Positions 14,456 through 27,300 of a stretch of DNA of 58,578 bases are shown here, one piece after another. The translations under genes were made by a program, and so were the position numbers. Position 1 is the first letter of the stretch. Each line of letters starts with the position of its first letter. Source of the stretch: Vicugna vicugna. Taxonomy: Eukaryota. The notes under the pieces are model-generated. The model searched no databases, was not told the DNA's origin, and worked only from the letters and a program-made list of their open reading frames with translations. The stretch is taken from positions 62,001-120,578 of the forward strand of contig MU058141.1 of the NCBI GenBank assembly GCA_013265495.1, given 5' to 3'.

Positions 14456-14908
14456 TTATGGATCCACACAATAAAATAAGCTAAACAATGGAGGAGGATA
14501 CGTGGGTTTTCGTCTGTCTGTGTCCCTTCCAAATGACTGAGATTTTTATCTTCCAGAGATGGACCATAGTGGGAAATGTTGAATTTGGATCAATCTGCAT
14601 GAAAGTTTTAAGTTTTGACCCTACTTTTAGAACACTGAATAACAATAATAACAGAGCAGTACTTGCACAGGTCAATATTATTGAGCACATAAATACACTA
14701 GTGCCATCCACTGAGTTAAGTGCTTCATGTACCTCAAACTATTTAGTCTTACATCACTCCCTGGAGTATGGACTGCCATCCAGTCATACTGAGTGGCACT
14801 GAAATGGTAGCTTTCTGTTAAGAGGTCAGTTTAATTGACCAAGGTGAAAAAGCTACTGAGTGAAGAAGACAGCATTGAAGCTCATGAGGATGCCTCCACA
14901 GTCTGCTC

Positions 14909-15241
14909 CTGAGCTGTCCCATATGGTGGCCACTAGCCAAGCCTCTAATTCTCATGCAGTTATTGACTGGAAATGTCATTAGTCTGACTTGAGCCTTGAA
15001 ATAACTGGAAAATACTTGATGAAAGAGGATGTTTCAAAGAATTACGGGAAAGAAGAATGTAAAACATCTAAATAAATTTTATACTGACAATATGTTTAAA
15101 GGATAATATTGGGTTAAACTATGTAATTAAAATAAATGTCTCCTGCTTATTTTAATTTTTTAATATGGCTGATAGAAAATTTAAAATTACACTTGTAGCA
15201 CATATTTTTGGTTTACATTTTGTTTCTACTAGGCAGCACTG
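14909..15241. mobile_element. MER33/MER3-like hAT element between MIR fragments
   Basis: Begins gagctgtcccatatggtggccactagcca; ends tatggctgatagaaaatttaaaattacac...ggcagcactg. Confidence 0.7.
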
Positions 15242-15649
15242 GTTTGTTCTGTCTACTATTTCCACTCTGAACCTCCTTTACTTCTTCTGTATATTGGGCA
15301 TAATAATAATAGCAATGAGTCTATAGAGGTTGGTTGTGAGTTTCAATAATGTGTTACATATGAAAGTCTTCATCAGCTGTGGAACTCCCTTCAAACCTTG
15401 GCTATTTATGAAATGATATGAGAAGTTAAAAACTAGTTTTCTGCATGTTAGATGACTTAGACTATCAAGTAACATTTTAATTGCCAGGACTGAGTGTTCC
15501 CAACAGTAAGAAATGATTGCAAATATTCACAGCAGAAAAGATAATTGAGAAAATTAAAATCCATAAATTATGTTTCCATCTATAATTAAAAAATAATGAG
15601 ACAAGATACAGGATGCTCTAAAACTTCACTTAAAGTATTGTGTTGCACA

Positions 15650-15790
15650 TCTGGAGTTGGATATGGATTTCAAACCACCTCTGCCATTACTTGCAGTTTG
15701 ACCTCAACGTCTATAACCCTCGTTTTCTCATTTGTAGAATGGAAATCATACTACAGACCTTGATGAGTTGTTGTGGTAAAATAAAGTAGG
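15650..15790 (+). mobile_element. MIR fragment (repeated at 16551-16691 in the duplicated block)
   Basis: ggatttcaaaccacctctgccattacttgcag...ctcgttttctcatttgtagaatgg. Confidence 0.6.
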
Positions 15791-16351
15791 CCAATAAATA
15801 ACGTGGTACAGGGTGGGATAAAAATGTCATTAAGAAAATTTGTTTCCATTATTATTATCATTAATTATTTTATTATTATTATTACTGTTATTATGTCAGG
15901 CTTGTGTAATGTACCTACCAGATCTCAACCACAAATTCTGTCTTAACAATAGACAAGAAAATAGGGAATGAGTTAATAAAGGTGTTGTAATAGAAAAAAA
16001 ATGGTAGAAAGAATTTTCATTGGATATTATCATCTTTTAAATGTAGATTTTCCCATTTAATTAGAGTCTATTAATTTGCTTATTGAATGCATAATTTTTA
16101 AATGGACTGTATTTTTTTGGTTTCATATTCTTTTTCATTATAGGTTACTACAAGATATTGAATATAGTTCCCTGTGCTATACAGAAGAAACTTGTTGTAT
16201 ACCTATTTTATACATATTAGTATCTGCAAATCTCAAACTCGCAATTTATCTCTTTCCATCCCCTTTCTCCTCTGGTAACCATAAATTTGTTTCCTATGTC
16301 TGTTAGTTTGTTTCTGTCTTGTAAATAAGTTCATTCATAATTTTTTTTTTT

Positions 16352-16382
16352 NNNNNNNNNNNNNNNNNNNNNNNNNNNNNNN
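16352..16382. other. Assembly gap (31 N)
   Basis: Run of n directly after a poly-T tract. Confidence 1.
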
Positions 16383-17017
16383 TGCCAGGACTGAGTGTTC
16401 CCAACAGTAAGAAATGATTGCAAATATTCACAGCAGAAAAGATAATTGAGAAAATTAAAATCCATAAATTATGTTTCCATCTATAATTAAAAAATAATGA
16501 GACAAGATACAGGATGCTCTAAAACTTCACTTAAAGTATTGTGTTGCACATCTGGAGTTGGACATGGATTTCAAACCACCTCTGCCATTACTTGCAGTTT
16601 GGCCTCAACGTCTATAACCCTCGTTTTCTCATTTGTAGAATGGAAATCATACTACAGACCTTGATGAGTTGTTGTGGTAAAATAAAGTAGGCCAATAAAT
16701 AACGTGGTACAGGGTGGGATAAAAATGTCATTAAGAAAATTTGTTTCCATTATTATTATCATTAATTATTTTATTATTATTATTACTGTTATTATGTCAG
16801 GCTTGTGTAATGTACCTACCAGATCTCAACCACAAATTCTGTCTTAACAATAGACAAGAAAATAGGGAATGAGTTAATAAAGGTGTTATAATAGAAAAAA
16901 AATGGTAGAAAGAATTTTCATTGGATATTATCATCTTTTAAATGTAGATTTTCCCATTTAATTAGAGTCTATTAATTTGCTTATTGAATGCATAATTTTT
17001 AAATGGACTGTATTTTT

Positions 17018-17939
17018 TTGGTTTCATATTCTTTTTCATTATAGGTTACTACAAGATATTGAATATAGTTCCCTGTGCTATACAGAAGAAACTTGTTGTA
17101 TACCTATTTTATACATATTAGTATCTGCAAATCTCAAACTCGCAATTTATCTCTTTCCATCCCCTTTCTCCTCTGGTAACCATAAATTTGTTTCCTATGT
17201 CTGTTAGTTTGTTTCTGTCTTGTAAATAAGTTCATTCATAATTTTTTTTTTTTTAGGTTCCACATATTAGTGATATCATGTGTATTTTTCTCTTTCTTTC
17301 TGGCTTACTTCACTTAGAATGATGATCTCCAAGTCCATGCATGCTGCTGCAAATGGCATTATTTTATATTTTTACGGTTGAGTAGTATTCCATTGTATAA
17401 ATATACTACATCTTCTTTATTCAGTCATCTGTCAGTGGACATTTAGGTTGTTTCCATGTCTTGGCTATTGTATAAAGGTGCTGCTATGAACATTGGGGTG
17501 AATGTACATTTTGAATTCGAGTTTCCGCCAGATATACATCCAGGAGTGAGATTGCTGAATCATATGGTAAGTCTATTTTTAGTTTTTTGAGGAATATCTA
17601 TACTATTCTCCATAATGGCTGCACCAAACTACACTCCCACCAACAGTGTAGGAGAGTTCCCCTTTCTCCACACCCTCTCCAGCATTTATCGTTCGTGAAA
17701 TTTTTAATGATGACCATTCTGACTGGTGTGAGGTGATATCTCATTGTAGTTTTGATTTGCATTTCTCTGATAATTAGTGCTATTGAGCATTTGTTCATGT
17801 GCCTGTTGGCCATTTGTATGTCTTCATTGGAGAACTGCTTGATGTTTAGGTCTTCTGCCTGTTTTTGGATTGGGCTGTTTTTGTTGTTGTTACTAAGCTA
17901 TATGAGCTGTTTATATATTTTAGAAATGAAGCCCTTGTC
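17018..17939 (-). mobile_element. 5'-truncated L1 (ORF2 C-terminus plus most of the 3' UTR), relatively young
   Basis: ORF 17598..17813 ([20 protein letters not shown]...[18 protein letters not shown]) is the L1 ORF2p cysteine-rich C-terminus; UTR motif gaatatagttccctgtgctatacag. Confidence 0.9.
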
Positions 17940-19573
17940 ATGGAGGGTATTTTGGACACGTGTATATATGCTCTTGAGAATTTGAACTGTAATAATCCTC
18001 TTAATGGTCATTTATTACTTATGAAATACATTGTTTCACAAATACTTTTGCTTATTGTGACTATGCAATTAGTTATTGTTTCTTCTCCTGGATTTGCACA
18101 TTCATTCTCCTGGATTTGCAGATTCATGCTAAGAGGTGGTCAGGAATACATATAAAATGTGAAATTTAAATTTTATTTCACTAGGCATATCTTTAGCCCT
18201 GTTTTAATAGAACTATACAGATTTATTCTTGATTTACTTTTCCCTGACAATGCTAAAGGCAACATGAAGCTGAAACCTGATTATTTGAATACAGCATAAG
18301 CAAACACCCTTTTCTCTGGGTTTTAGACCAAGCACCAAAATAACAGTCCTGAAGGGCCTATACCTTAAATATCTAACAGAAAATCATCACAAATACATAA
18401 ACTTATGATTAATCTGCTCAAGAGTATTTTCTCTGAATTTTATAATCTTTCCACACACATGATTTTAAACAATTCAATTAAAATCACACCCTATTAATAA
18501 TCAAAGTTAGATTAAACTAGTATAAGAAAAGAAGTGAAATGCTTTTAAAGAGTCACAATAATACAGTGAATTCTTAGACCATAATTCCTTCTGTGTAATA
18601 GTCTTTACCAGAAAGACATAAATATCATGAAAAAAATTATTGCTTTTTACCTTTTAATACTTTATCACAAAGTTATTTAAGGCAGAAAACAAACTAAAAT
18701 TGGGAGATCAATTTAGAAGTTAATATGCAGCAAATATTAAAAATTAAAGACATAGATCATACTAAAGACTGTGTTTTATGCCACATTTCCTAACAACATG
18801 AAATTCCATTTTGAAATAAAGGCTCTTTTAGATTAGCAGGAAATTGGCTGGGTCTCGGCAGTAAGTTCATTGAGACCTAATACCATCCTCTCTAGCTGTG
18901 CGTCTACTAAATTCATATTAAAAAAGGAGACTAAATAAATGTAATGTCATAAACTAATGATTCCTAATGATCTATTCTGAGAATGTGAAGGATTCATTCT
19001 AAAACACACAATAAATCTATAAACCAGGAATACAAAATGTTTTAGTATGATTGCCATTCCAACACAGATATTACATACAAGACTGACAGTGATATTAAAT
19101 AGTAGTCTGATAGTCTGTAAGGTTCCCCCTATGTAGTTCTTTCTGGCCAAGTCCTTTATAATATGACAAATCAGATATTTTACTGAAAAATTTTACTCTT
19201 AAATTAGAATCCTCATTAAATTCTAAGCAGAAATAAGTAGAAATTTAGCTTAGTTAAAAAACATTATTTCCTTTGCTAACTGAAAGAATTCTTAGATGAC
19301 AATCCTAGGTGTAGCGTATATACCTATATGGAGAGGTTCTGTGGTCATAGATCCCTCTGCCGCTGAATGAACTATGTCTGAAATAGAAAAGTTTTCTCTT
19401 TTAACAACAGTGAATTCATCGGTCTTTATATCCCTTTTCCCCATTCTTGTAACACATTTTGATCTGTTTTAAATTAAATGAATGGCAATTGCTTTTTTCT
19501 CCATTTCTTTCTTTTTTTTCTTTTTTAACTCTAAAGCTTTTGCCCTGCAGAAAGACCATTAAAGGCAGCTTAC

Positions 19574-19741
19574 TTTGGGGGAAACGCGGTGGATTGTCAT
19601 TGACGTCTGTCAGCGTGATGTTCACTGTGGTGGTCCCCGACAAGCCTCCCATCTGGCCGCCCATGTCTTTGGCCTGGATTACTACTTGGTATTGCTCCCT
19701 GTTCTCTCGGTTCATGTTTGGTAAAGCGGTCCTGATGATAC
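19574..19741 (-). CDS. CDH10: Cadherin-10 internal coding exon (168 bp; end of EC2): [56 protein letters not shown]
   Basis: Lies within ORF 19416..19775. Acceptor gtcttcttcaag|G, donor CAAA|gtaagc. AKDMG and DVNDNPP motifs. No further cadherin exon seen in 1-19573 or 22109-58578. Confidence 0.95.
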
Positions 19742-20165
19742 CTTGAAGAAGACGTAAAACCTTTATTATGCTCATTAAAAAATCTCCACTACTAATTGAT
19801 TAAGCACAAATTGTATATCTAAAGTAGTGATTTTTGAAAGACAAAATGTTTTTGATATTACTTTTTATAATCTAGAAATTGTAAAAATGATTCGATGTAA
19901 ATATTTTACAATTTGTGCTGTTTTTCTATTTCCTAAAAAATATCGTATGTATGGTCTAGGGACCTACATCCAGATATAAAAATATAAAAGCAGATATATT
20001 TCCATTAGCTCCCTCAATCAACCAACTTTGAGTTCTTTAATCTTTCACTGGGCATCATTAGTCTTCTGGAGTATTCATGTTAGGATTTTGTCATTATTGT
20101 CCCACTTTTTTTAACTTATAAAAATCATAAAGACTATTAACAAACACTGATTCATGATTCCTGAC

Positions 20166-20285
20166 CTGTTTCAGGCTCCACAGAGAAATATGGCTGCCCT
20201 TGAAGTATGCTGTAAATGACTCTGGCGCTGTTCCCATAGGAAGGGTCATCGGCATCTGTAGCTGTGACTTGCACCACAGAAGTAC
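20166..20285 (-). CDS. CDH10: Cadherin-10 internal coding exon (120 bp; EC2): [41 protein letters not shown]
   Basis: Lies within ORF 20152..20343. Acceptor ttcag|GTACT, donor ACAG|gtcagg. Phase 1/1 fits both neighbouring exons; ATDADD motif. Confidence 0.95.
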
Positions 20286-21813
20286 CTGAAGTATCCAAAT
20301 TCAGCTTAGTTCTGCACAGTACCAGAAGGAGGAGCAAAAGCACTGGTTTTCATGGAAGACTTGAATGATTTTTGGCTTTAATAATGACCTCTTACAGAAA
20401 CATTTATGTATAATTTAGATGAAAATCATATATGTAGAGTTATTATAGGTGAACTTTGAATTCAGCAACTTATTTTACTTGGCCAGTAGGTGTATTTTTA
20501 TGCATGCTATAGATAATGCTACAGTGTATCTGATTATCATCAGTGCAGTCGCTTTACAAACCCTCAGGTTTGATGTTTAAACTCATTTTCACATAATAGA
20601 TTTGTTTCGTGTAAAGGGCATATCTAATCACAAAGGAGTAAGTAGGCTCTCCTTTCCCCTCTCCACTAATTAACTATAAAAATAATTAACATCTGCTCTA
20701 GAATACAATTTTATGAATAGATTAAATTCTAAATTTAGAAACAATCCAAGATGATCCCATGTCCCATGAACTATTAAAAGCTATTTAATAAAGTTCAAAA
20801 TATATAAAAGGGCTTTATATTAAGGTGATTGCCAAAAGTCTTTGGGATTTAGTGAAGTAAATATTAAATAACAATCCCAGAACAATGCTTTTGAGAAACA
20901 CAGTTGAAAATTTGTTATTATAACTGTTACAAGGGAGAAATGTATCAGAATTTTTTCACCCATTTATACTTCTCCCACTTTTGAGAAATGAATCTATTCT
21001 ACTAAATCCAAATATATATCTCTAAAAGTGTTATCACTGTTCTCAGTGTTTAATTTTCCATGGTTCTCTATTTAACGAAAAAATGAAAGCAGTCTTAACT
21101 TTCTTTGTCTGCAATTACAATTTCTGTTTATTTACATTGAAAAGGGAATTCTATTTTCTCGAATGTTATACTTCTAGTTTCTTCATGCTTTCTTTTTTGC
21201 AGCTTCTGCAATCGAACTGTAATTCTGTATCAGTTTATGATTAGCTGTTGATTTCAACTGGTTTATTTGAATAAGAGATTTATATCAGTAGAGATTTATA
21301 TATAATGATTATAATGAAAGGATGTTTTAAAATATTTAATATGAAGTAATTAGATAATCTAATTCATTTCATTGTTCATATTGTCTATATAATTCAGACA
21401 AACTCCTTAGGCACATTATGATTAGATTATATATGACTCTATATAACGTTTATGGTGTTCTAAGTGTACTTATAATATATTTAGAGTCACAGTTTTACAC
21501 AGCTGTGCTCCAAATCCATGTGACAATAATTTGTATTTCCATAGGTTTCTACTGAAGTTCAATGGTATATTTTGGGATTTTTGAAGAAAGTGTCTACTTA
21601 CTGTATTGTAAAAATGTACAAATCCAAAGGAAGTGAAAAATGCATTAATCTTTTTTTCTGACTCATTTGTAATTCACAAAATGAAATATATACTCTTAGC
21701 AGGTAATCAAATTTCAATAATTGATTTCAATAATTGATCATATTTTAAATATTTCTTAATAATTATTTTTTATACATTTTGAATACCGTCATAAATGTTG
21801 TAAGTGAACTTAC

Positions 21814-22108
21814 CTACGACAGACATTTCTGGAACACTTGCTGTATAAATTTCCTCTGGGAACGTTGGTTCATTGTCATTGATATCATGGATTTTGATCA
21901 CAAATTCAGACTCTGGTTCTACTGGCCTCAAAGTTCTTCTGTTAATAGCTTGTGCACGTAGGGTATAAAAGGCCTTTTCTTCCCTATCAATTCTTCTTGT
22001 GGCATGAATGTCACCTGTTTTTTCATCAATAATAAAAAGAGTACCAGCTCCATCTCCAGATAAAATATATTTGAGGGATCCATCTCCTTTATCTTGGTCT
22101 GAATGGAG
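21814..22108 (-). CDS. CDH10: Cadherin-10 internal coding exon (295 bp; EC1 into EC2): [99 protein letters not shown]
   Basis: Hand-translated reverse complement; not in the ORF track. Acceptor ttttttatttcccctag|CTC, donor GTAG|gtaagt. Cadherin Ca-binding motifs DRE and DINDN. Peptide matches CDH10 as I recall it. Confidence 0.95.
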
Positions 22109-22659
22109 CTAGGGGAAATAAAAAAGCATGTCCATGATAACGTCTAAAGGTACACAATGCGGAAAGAACTCAAAGAAGGTCTCCCAAGACCCATCATTGA
22201 ATAATAGGGTCAGTTATCTTAGTTCTTGAGATGACAGCTCAATAAGGATGATCCTGCTCGTCCATGTACTTTAAACAATAGGCCTAGCTTTTTACCAGTG
22301 TGACTTTTATTCTAAATAGAAAAAAAGTAGTAAAAATAAACCAACACAGCTCTTTGCTTTGCTTTGCTTGGTGAATAACCATTTCCATAAGCAAACAGCT
22401 CCTGACAAAGACATAAGTCATCAGTCTTGATATGGGATGTAAACATCGCTTCTCTCATCTCTTTCTGTGAGTGGAAGATTCTTTTACTCTCATATTATGC
22501 AGGAAGTTTATCTGCTATAAACTTATCCTTGGCTGTATTTCTGCTGGAATATGTGAGATCCTAAGAACTGTAAGACATTGAAAAGGGAATTCAAGTTGTG
22601 AGAGACATGGCCTCTATGTTAGAAGCCCAATCCATCATTCTTCGATTCATACATAAGAC

Positions 22660-23480
22660 AGCAACTGCCCCACAGATATATGTGGGGCTCAGAACAAGAG
22701 AACAAATATGTCTATATAATGCCTGTCTATATATTTTAAAGATATAAATCAATAAATATAATATGCTCTATCTAGCCTCCTACCTTGTCAAACTGATCTT
22801 GTTAACAATTGTAAATGACAAGTTCTGTGAAGACACGAGACAACGCAGGGCAAGCCTGTCTCCCGCCTCCTTGTCTGTGCCCACAACACGAATCTTCCAG
22901 CATCAAACCACCACGTCAGAGAGCTTTGCATTCATTCGTGTGGACATCTCAGCCTAGCGCACACCCCACGCCAGTGCTAATGCTTGGCCAGGAGCCCATG
23001 TGTCATAGGCAAACTCCACCTACAGTCGCCCCATGGTATCTGCAGGCATTGGTTCAAGGACCCGGAGGTATACCACAACCTGAGGATGCTTGATTCTCTT
23101 ACATAAAATGGCGTTGGGTGGGTGGCCCCCAGTATCCGTGAGTTCAGCACCTGTGGATTCATCCAGCCCTGGATTGTGCACTATACTTACCATCTGAGGC
23201 TGCATCTGCAGATGCGGAGCCCACAGATATGGAGGGCTGACGGTATATCATTTTTTAACAGATGCCCACTTGGCCAGCTTTCAGGATTAGGGGTGCATGC
23301 AACAATGGTGAATCTGGCCTTTTGGAGACTGACCTGGAGAAGAGATGCTCCAGGTCCTAGAACCAAGTTCAAGGATGTTTGGACAGGGAATAATGGGTCC
23401 CTAGGTACTCTGAGGATGGTCTGGAAAGGGATGTGTGGGTTCCAGATGAGAATGTCCCCTGCCTGTCATGGAATTCTTAC
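22660..23480. mobile_element. hAT-Tip100 element (MER45B-like) split by a Tigger MITE
   Basis: ggggctcagaacaagagaacaaat and aatatgctctatctagcctcctaccttgtcaaa resemble MER45B as recalled; GC-richer than the flanks. Confidence 0.5.
23023..23243. mobile_element. TcMar-Tigger MITE (MER2-like) with TA target duplication
   Basis: TA|cagtcgccccatggtatctgcagg ... cccacagatatggagggctgacgg|TA: degenerate TIRs and TA TSD. Confidence 0.8.
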
Positions 23481-23741
23481 CTTGAAGGGAGAGGCTTAGC
23501 CATAGGAAGGACAGAGCATGGATTTGTAAAACACAAAGATTGTAAGTTTTTCTCTAATTGTACCTACCACCTAGTATATTTTTTTATACTAGGATCACAG
23601 TTTTATTATTTGCATTAAGAGATTATGCTTTTAAGTTTTTGGGGTTTTTTTTGTCTAATAAGAACTATAAAAACAATGTGTAGATTTTCTAAGTTTTGAT
23701 GAAACATATATTATAACTTAGACATCATCATCATGTCTTCC

Positions 23742-23990
23742 TTTTTTATTAAAGTATAGATACGTCTTTTTAAACTTCTTCTCCATTATAGGTTATTACA
23801 AAATTGAATATAGTTCCCTGTGCTGTATAGTAAATCCTTGTGGTTTATCTATTTTATATACAGTAGTGTGTATCTTTTAATCTCATACTCCTAATTTATG
23901 CCTCCCCACCTTTTTGCCTTTGGTAACCATAAATCCGTTTTCTATGTCTGTGAGCCTGTTTCTGTTTTGTAAATAAATTCATTTGTAACA
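23742..23990 (-). mobile_element. Short L1 3' UTR fragment
   Basis: ccattataggttattacaaaattgaatatagttccctgtgctgtatag...ggtaaccataaa; same UTR type as 17018-17939 and 40831-41627. Confidence 0.8.
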
Positions 23991-24254
23991 TGCTGTCTTT
24001 TTAATATCACATAAAATTTAGTCTTAATCAGAATAGGAACACTGATCTGTAGCCTAGACAAATAAAAATTGAAGACAAAATCCTTCAATTATGCAAAAAT
24101 TATAGACTTAGACATTTATCTAAGTATGTTTGATTTTTGCTCTTTAGATTACTTGAATTAACAAAAATTTTCATCTAATTGCCTGTAGAAATATTACAGG
24201 GATTGCATTCTCTTTAAAGTAAAATTTTGTTTCTTTACTTGAGAAATTTATTTT

Positions 24255-24348
24255 ATTTTTTTAAATGGAAGTACTGGGAATTGAACCCAGGACCTTGTGC
24301 ATGGTAAGCATTTGCTCTACCAATGATCTATACCCACTTCCCTCCCCC
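24255..24348 (-). mobile_element. Second tRNA-Ala-derived SINE (Vic-1-like)
   Basis: B-box GGTTCAATTCC on the minus strand; same family as 686-837. Flanking direct repeat AAATTTATTTT at 24244-24254 and 24353-24363 is a candidate TSD. Confidence 0.8.
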
Positions 24349-27300
24349 ATGAAAATTTATTTTTCTTCATAGGAGCTTATGTCAATGAATTTGGCTGTGA
24401 AAACATTTTTATGTGGACATCAAAACTGTTTACATTAAATAAATATTTTAAACACACACACCTTAGTATATTATACTACTGGCTACTGCTGGCCTACAAA
24501 AACAGTCTATTTTTTGTTAATGGTTTGTAGTAATTAGAATTTAGCCATCAAATTTGGATCAAACTCCATTTTTCTGATTTCTGGACAAATAACTCATTAT
24601 GACAGATATAACAGAAAAAGAAAACCCCAAATAAATGTGCACCTTGGAGAAAAAGATATATAAGTCAGGTAACAAACAGTTTTTACCGCACTTTTAGCTA
24701 CTCATAAACAACAAAGTAAGATTGAGAAACAAGAAATAAATGCTTTTTAACTAAAACCCTCTTAGAAGTAACATACGACTGTGTTGTCCAGGGAACCACT
24801 CTGAAAAAGTCACAAGACTGAAGCTTTTTAGTAATTGAAAATGCACATAACTTTCCAATTATATGCGTGTGCAACCCTGTGGCAATTTTCCAAATGACAG
24901 ACATAAGCATTGCATATTTCCTGTTCTGTCTGGGAATCAAAATAATTCAAGAAAAGATTATTGATATCAATCATCTGATCAGATAGTTTGGTGAATTGTA
25001 CCAGACAGTTATGCTGTCTATTGTCTATACATTCAACAATTTTAATTGAGGAATGTTTATTTATTCTCATAAGAATCAGGTAGTTCTAAAAGTAAATCAA
25101 TTCCGTTCCAGTGCTATGGGAGATTCAAACACAGTGTGTAGTGGAAATTCACACGATAGCACCTACACTAGCCCACAGGAATGAGTGGGGATTCCTTAAG
25201 CATATATCATAGGAACTTCCTGATAAAGGATGAGTGGAAGTTGAAACCTGGGAAAGTTTTTGCATTTTACAAATTTTACAACTCATAAAGAACACTGGAT
25301 GAATATAGAACATAGATTCAGACTGGAGACAGATATAAGGCAAAATGAGAATCATTAAGACGAGTTCTGCTTTTCTAATCAGTTCGACATGCAAAAAAGT
25401 TGCCAGTATGAGGTTTTAATTTTCGTAAAGCTCAGTTTTGGAATATGAATCACAGCAGGATTTTTACCTCTACTGATACTACAGAGAGTGAAAATTAAAT
25501 CTTGTAATTGGACCGCATACTGTGGGAGCTTCCGCTGGATTAGAAAATTGAACATGATAGTAAAGGATTCAAAGAGATGAGGTTTGGAAGATGGACTGTG
25601 GCTTTGTGAGTCAGAAATGAAAGGCTTTCTACCTTCTCGTAATTAAGAGACATAAATTAGACCTATGGATTTATGTGCTGGTTTTAAGAAACCAAACTTA
25701 AAATTAATAATTTTTTCTTGAACCATTAGAGCTTGCATAAAAGAAAAGTACATTCTTCTCTCGCAGAGGGAGACAACCGAACATTGATGCTAGAATAAAA
25801 GGACAAAAATGACCATATGTAGGGACTTGATATTAGTTGAAGTTTATCAAAATATTATTAAAATAAACATATTTGAGAACTGGACAAGTAAAAAGACTAC
25901 AACAGATAAGTTCTGTAAGGCAGAGAGATGCATTTCTAGATATCCTGACCTGGGGAACTGCTTTCTCCAGCTAGATGGACCTGGTGAGAGCCAAGAAAAC
26001 TCCTAACAGGCATGATGACATTGATGATTTCCTGTAAGCTACAGAAAGATGCCAACGGACAAAGTTCTTTAATTATAGTCTTGTACCTAAGCTCCCCCTC
26101 TTCTGTTGAAGTTTCTCTTTCTTGTTTTATTTCTTCCTTCCCATACTCTTCCCACCTTATCCTGGTATTGTCTCTCTCCCTCACCTCTTGTGTGGTAGAG
26201 TTTAATTTTACATCCTAACTCATTTACTAAGTAACGATCAGACAGGCTTAGTCCTTACATCTGTAGCTGTCATCACATTGCTCTCCCCTTTCTAATTTGG
26301 ATATTAGGTATCAATACTTGGATTTACTAAACATTAAATTGAATAGAATCAGTTGTTCGTGTGACTGAGAAGTGAGATTATGTGTCGTGTGCCAAATAAC
26401 TTACAGCATTGACTTTGCAATAAATTTTATATTCATTTGACCTTGTGCTATTTTATTATGTGAGATATTAAGGTTTCTTTAAACACAGAAAAAATGTCAG
26501 ATTATTGTGGCTTTAGTTCCTCAGTAACACCTGTTCTCCGGTGTGAAACATTTGTGCCACAAATCTTTAAGAAGAATTTTATGTTAATACTGACCTTTCC
26601 TTTTCTTGAAGAAAGCTCATTAAAAATTCACAACCTGCTGTGTTCCTTGTAAATTCACAAGCAGATAAAGGACATGGCAAGATACATGACAATTAATGAA
26701 AACAGAACAACTGGTACTGTGCTGCACATTTAAAAGTCACTTTCCTATTATTTAACTTTTTAAATTTAGATGTGGTTAATTATAACTCATTTGCTCATAT
26801 TGATTAATTTAATAATTAAAAGTAAATAATCCACTGAATTTAAATAAATATTTTAACAACAAATTATTTAATAAAAGCCTGCTCATTTTAAATATGACAG
26901 GTTTTTGATAATTTTATAACATTTCATATAAACATTCAAAGATACTGGTCTAAAACAAAGTTTATAAGCAAGAAGGGGTCTTATGGCTTATCTAGTTTAA
27001 GGCCATCTTGACTTTCAAGAGGAAGAAACTGAGATCTAATCAATTTTTATAACCCAGAAGTTAAATTAAGATTACACTTCAGGATAGGTGGTGCTTTGTT
27101 GGTGGAATGTTTTTACTTCTTAGTAGCAGTCCATTTTTATTTTTCAGTTCCTCACATTAAATTTGGGAATATTATAAAAGTATCAAATTATTAATCTATG
27201 AAGTACAGGGAATTTAAGTAATTTGTTACCAGAAGGATAACTGATCAAATATTTTAGCTTATATTTTTCCCCTTGGCTAAAAGAAAATGAACAAGTATTA

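Larger units (their letters stand above)
15482..17252. repeat. 870-bp near-perfect tandem duplication (15482-16351 and 16383-17252) around an N gap
   Basis: Offset 901 bp. Three differences seen: T15662/C16563, A15701/G16602, G15987/A16888. Identical ORFs 16076..16306 and 16977..17207. Confidence 0.95.

Noticed and set aside
16076..17207. Duplicated 76-aa gene pair
   Set aside because: Antisense L1 3' UTR sequence inside the probable assembly duplication.
19416..20343. ORFs 19416..19775 and 20152..20343 as standalone small proteins
   Set aside because: They are CDH10 exons read through into intron; canonical splice sites bound the cadherin-like parts.
21711..21736. 13-bp tandem repeat atttcaataattg x2 near a splice donor
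   Set aside because: Short AT-rich slippage duplication with no evidence of function.
22763..23618. Cluster of overlapping ORFs upstream of the 295-bp exon
   Set aside because: Falls in GC-richer DNA-transposon remnants, which have fewer stop codons; no protein family recognised.
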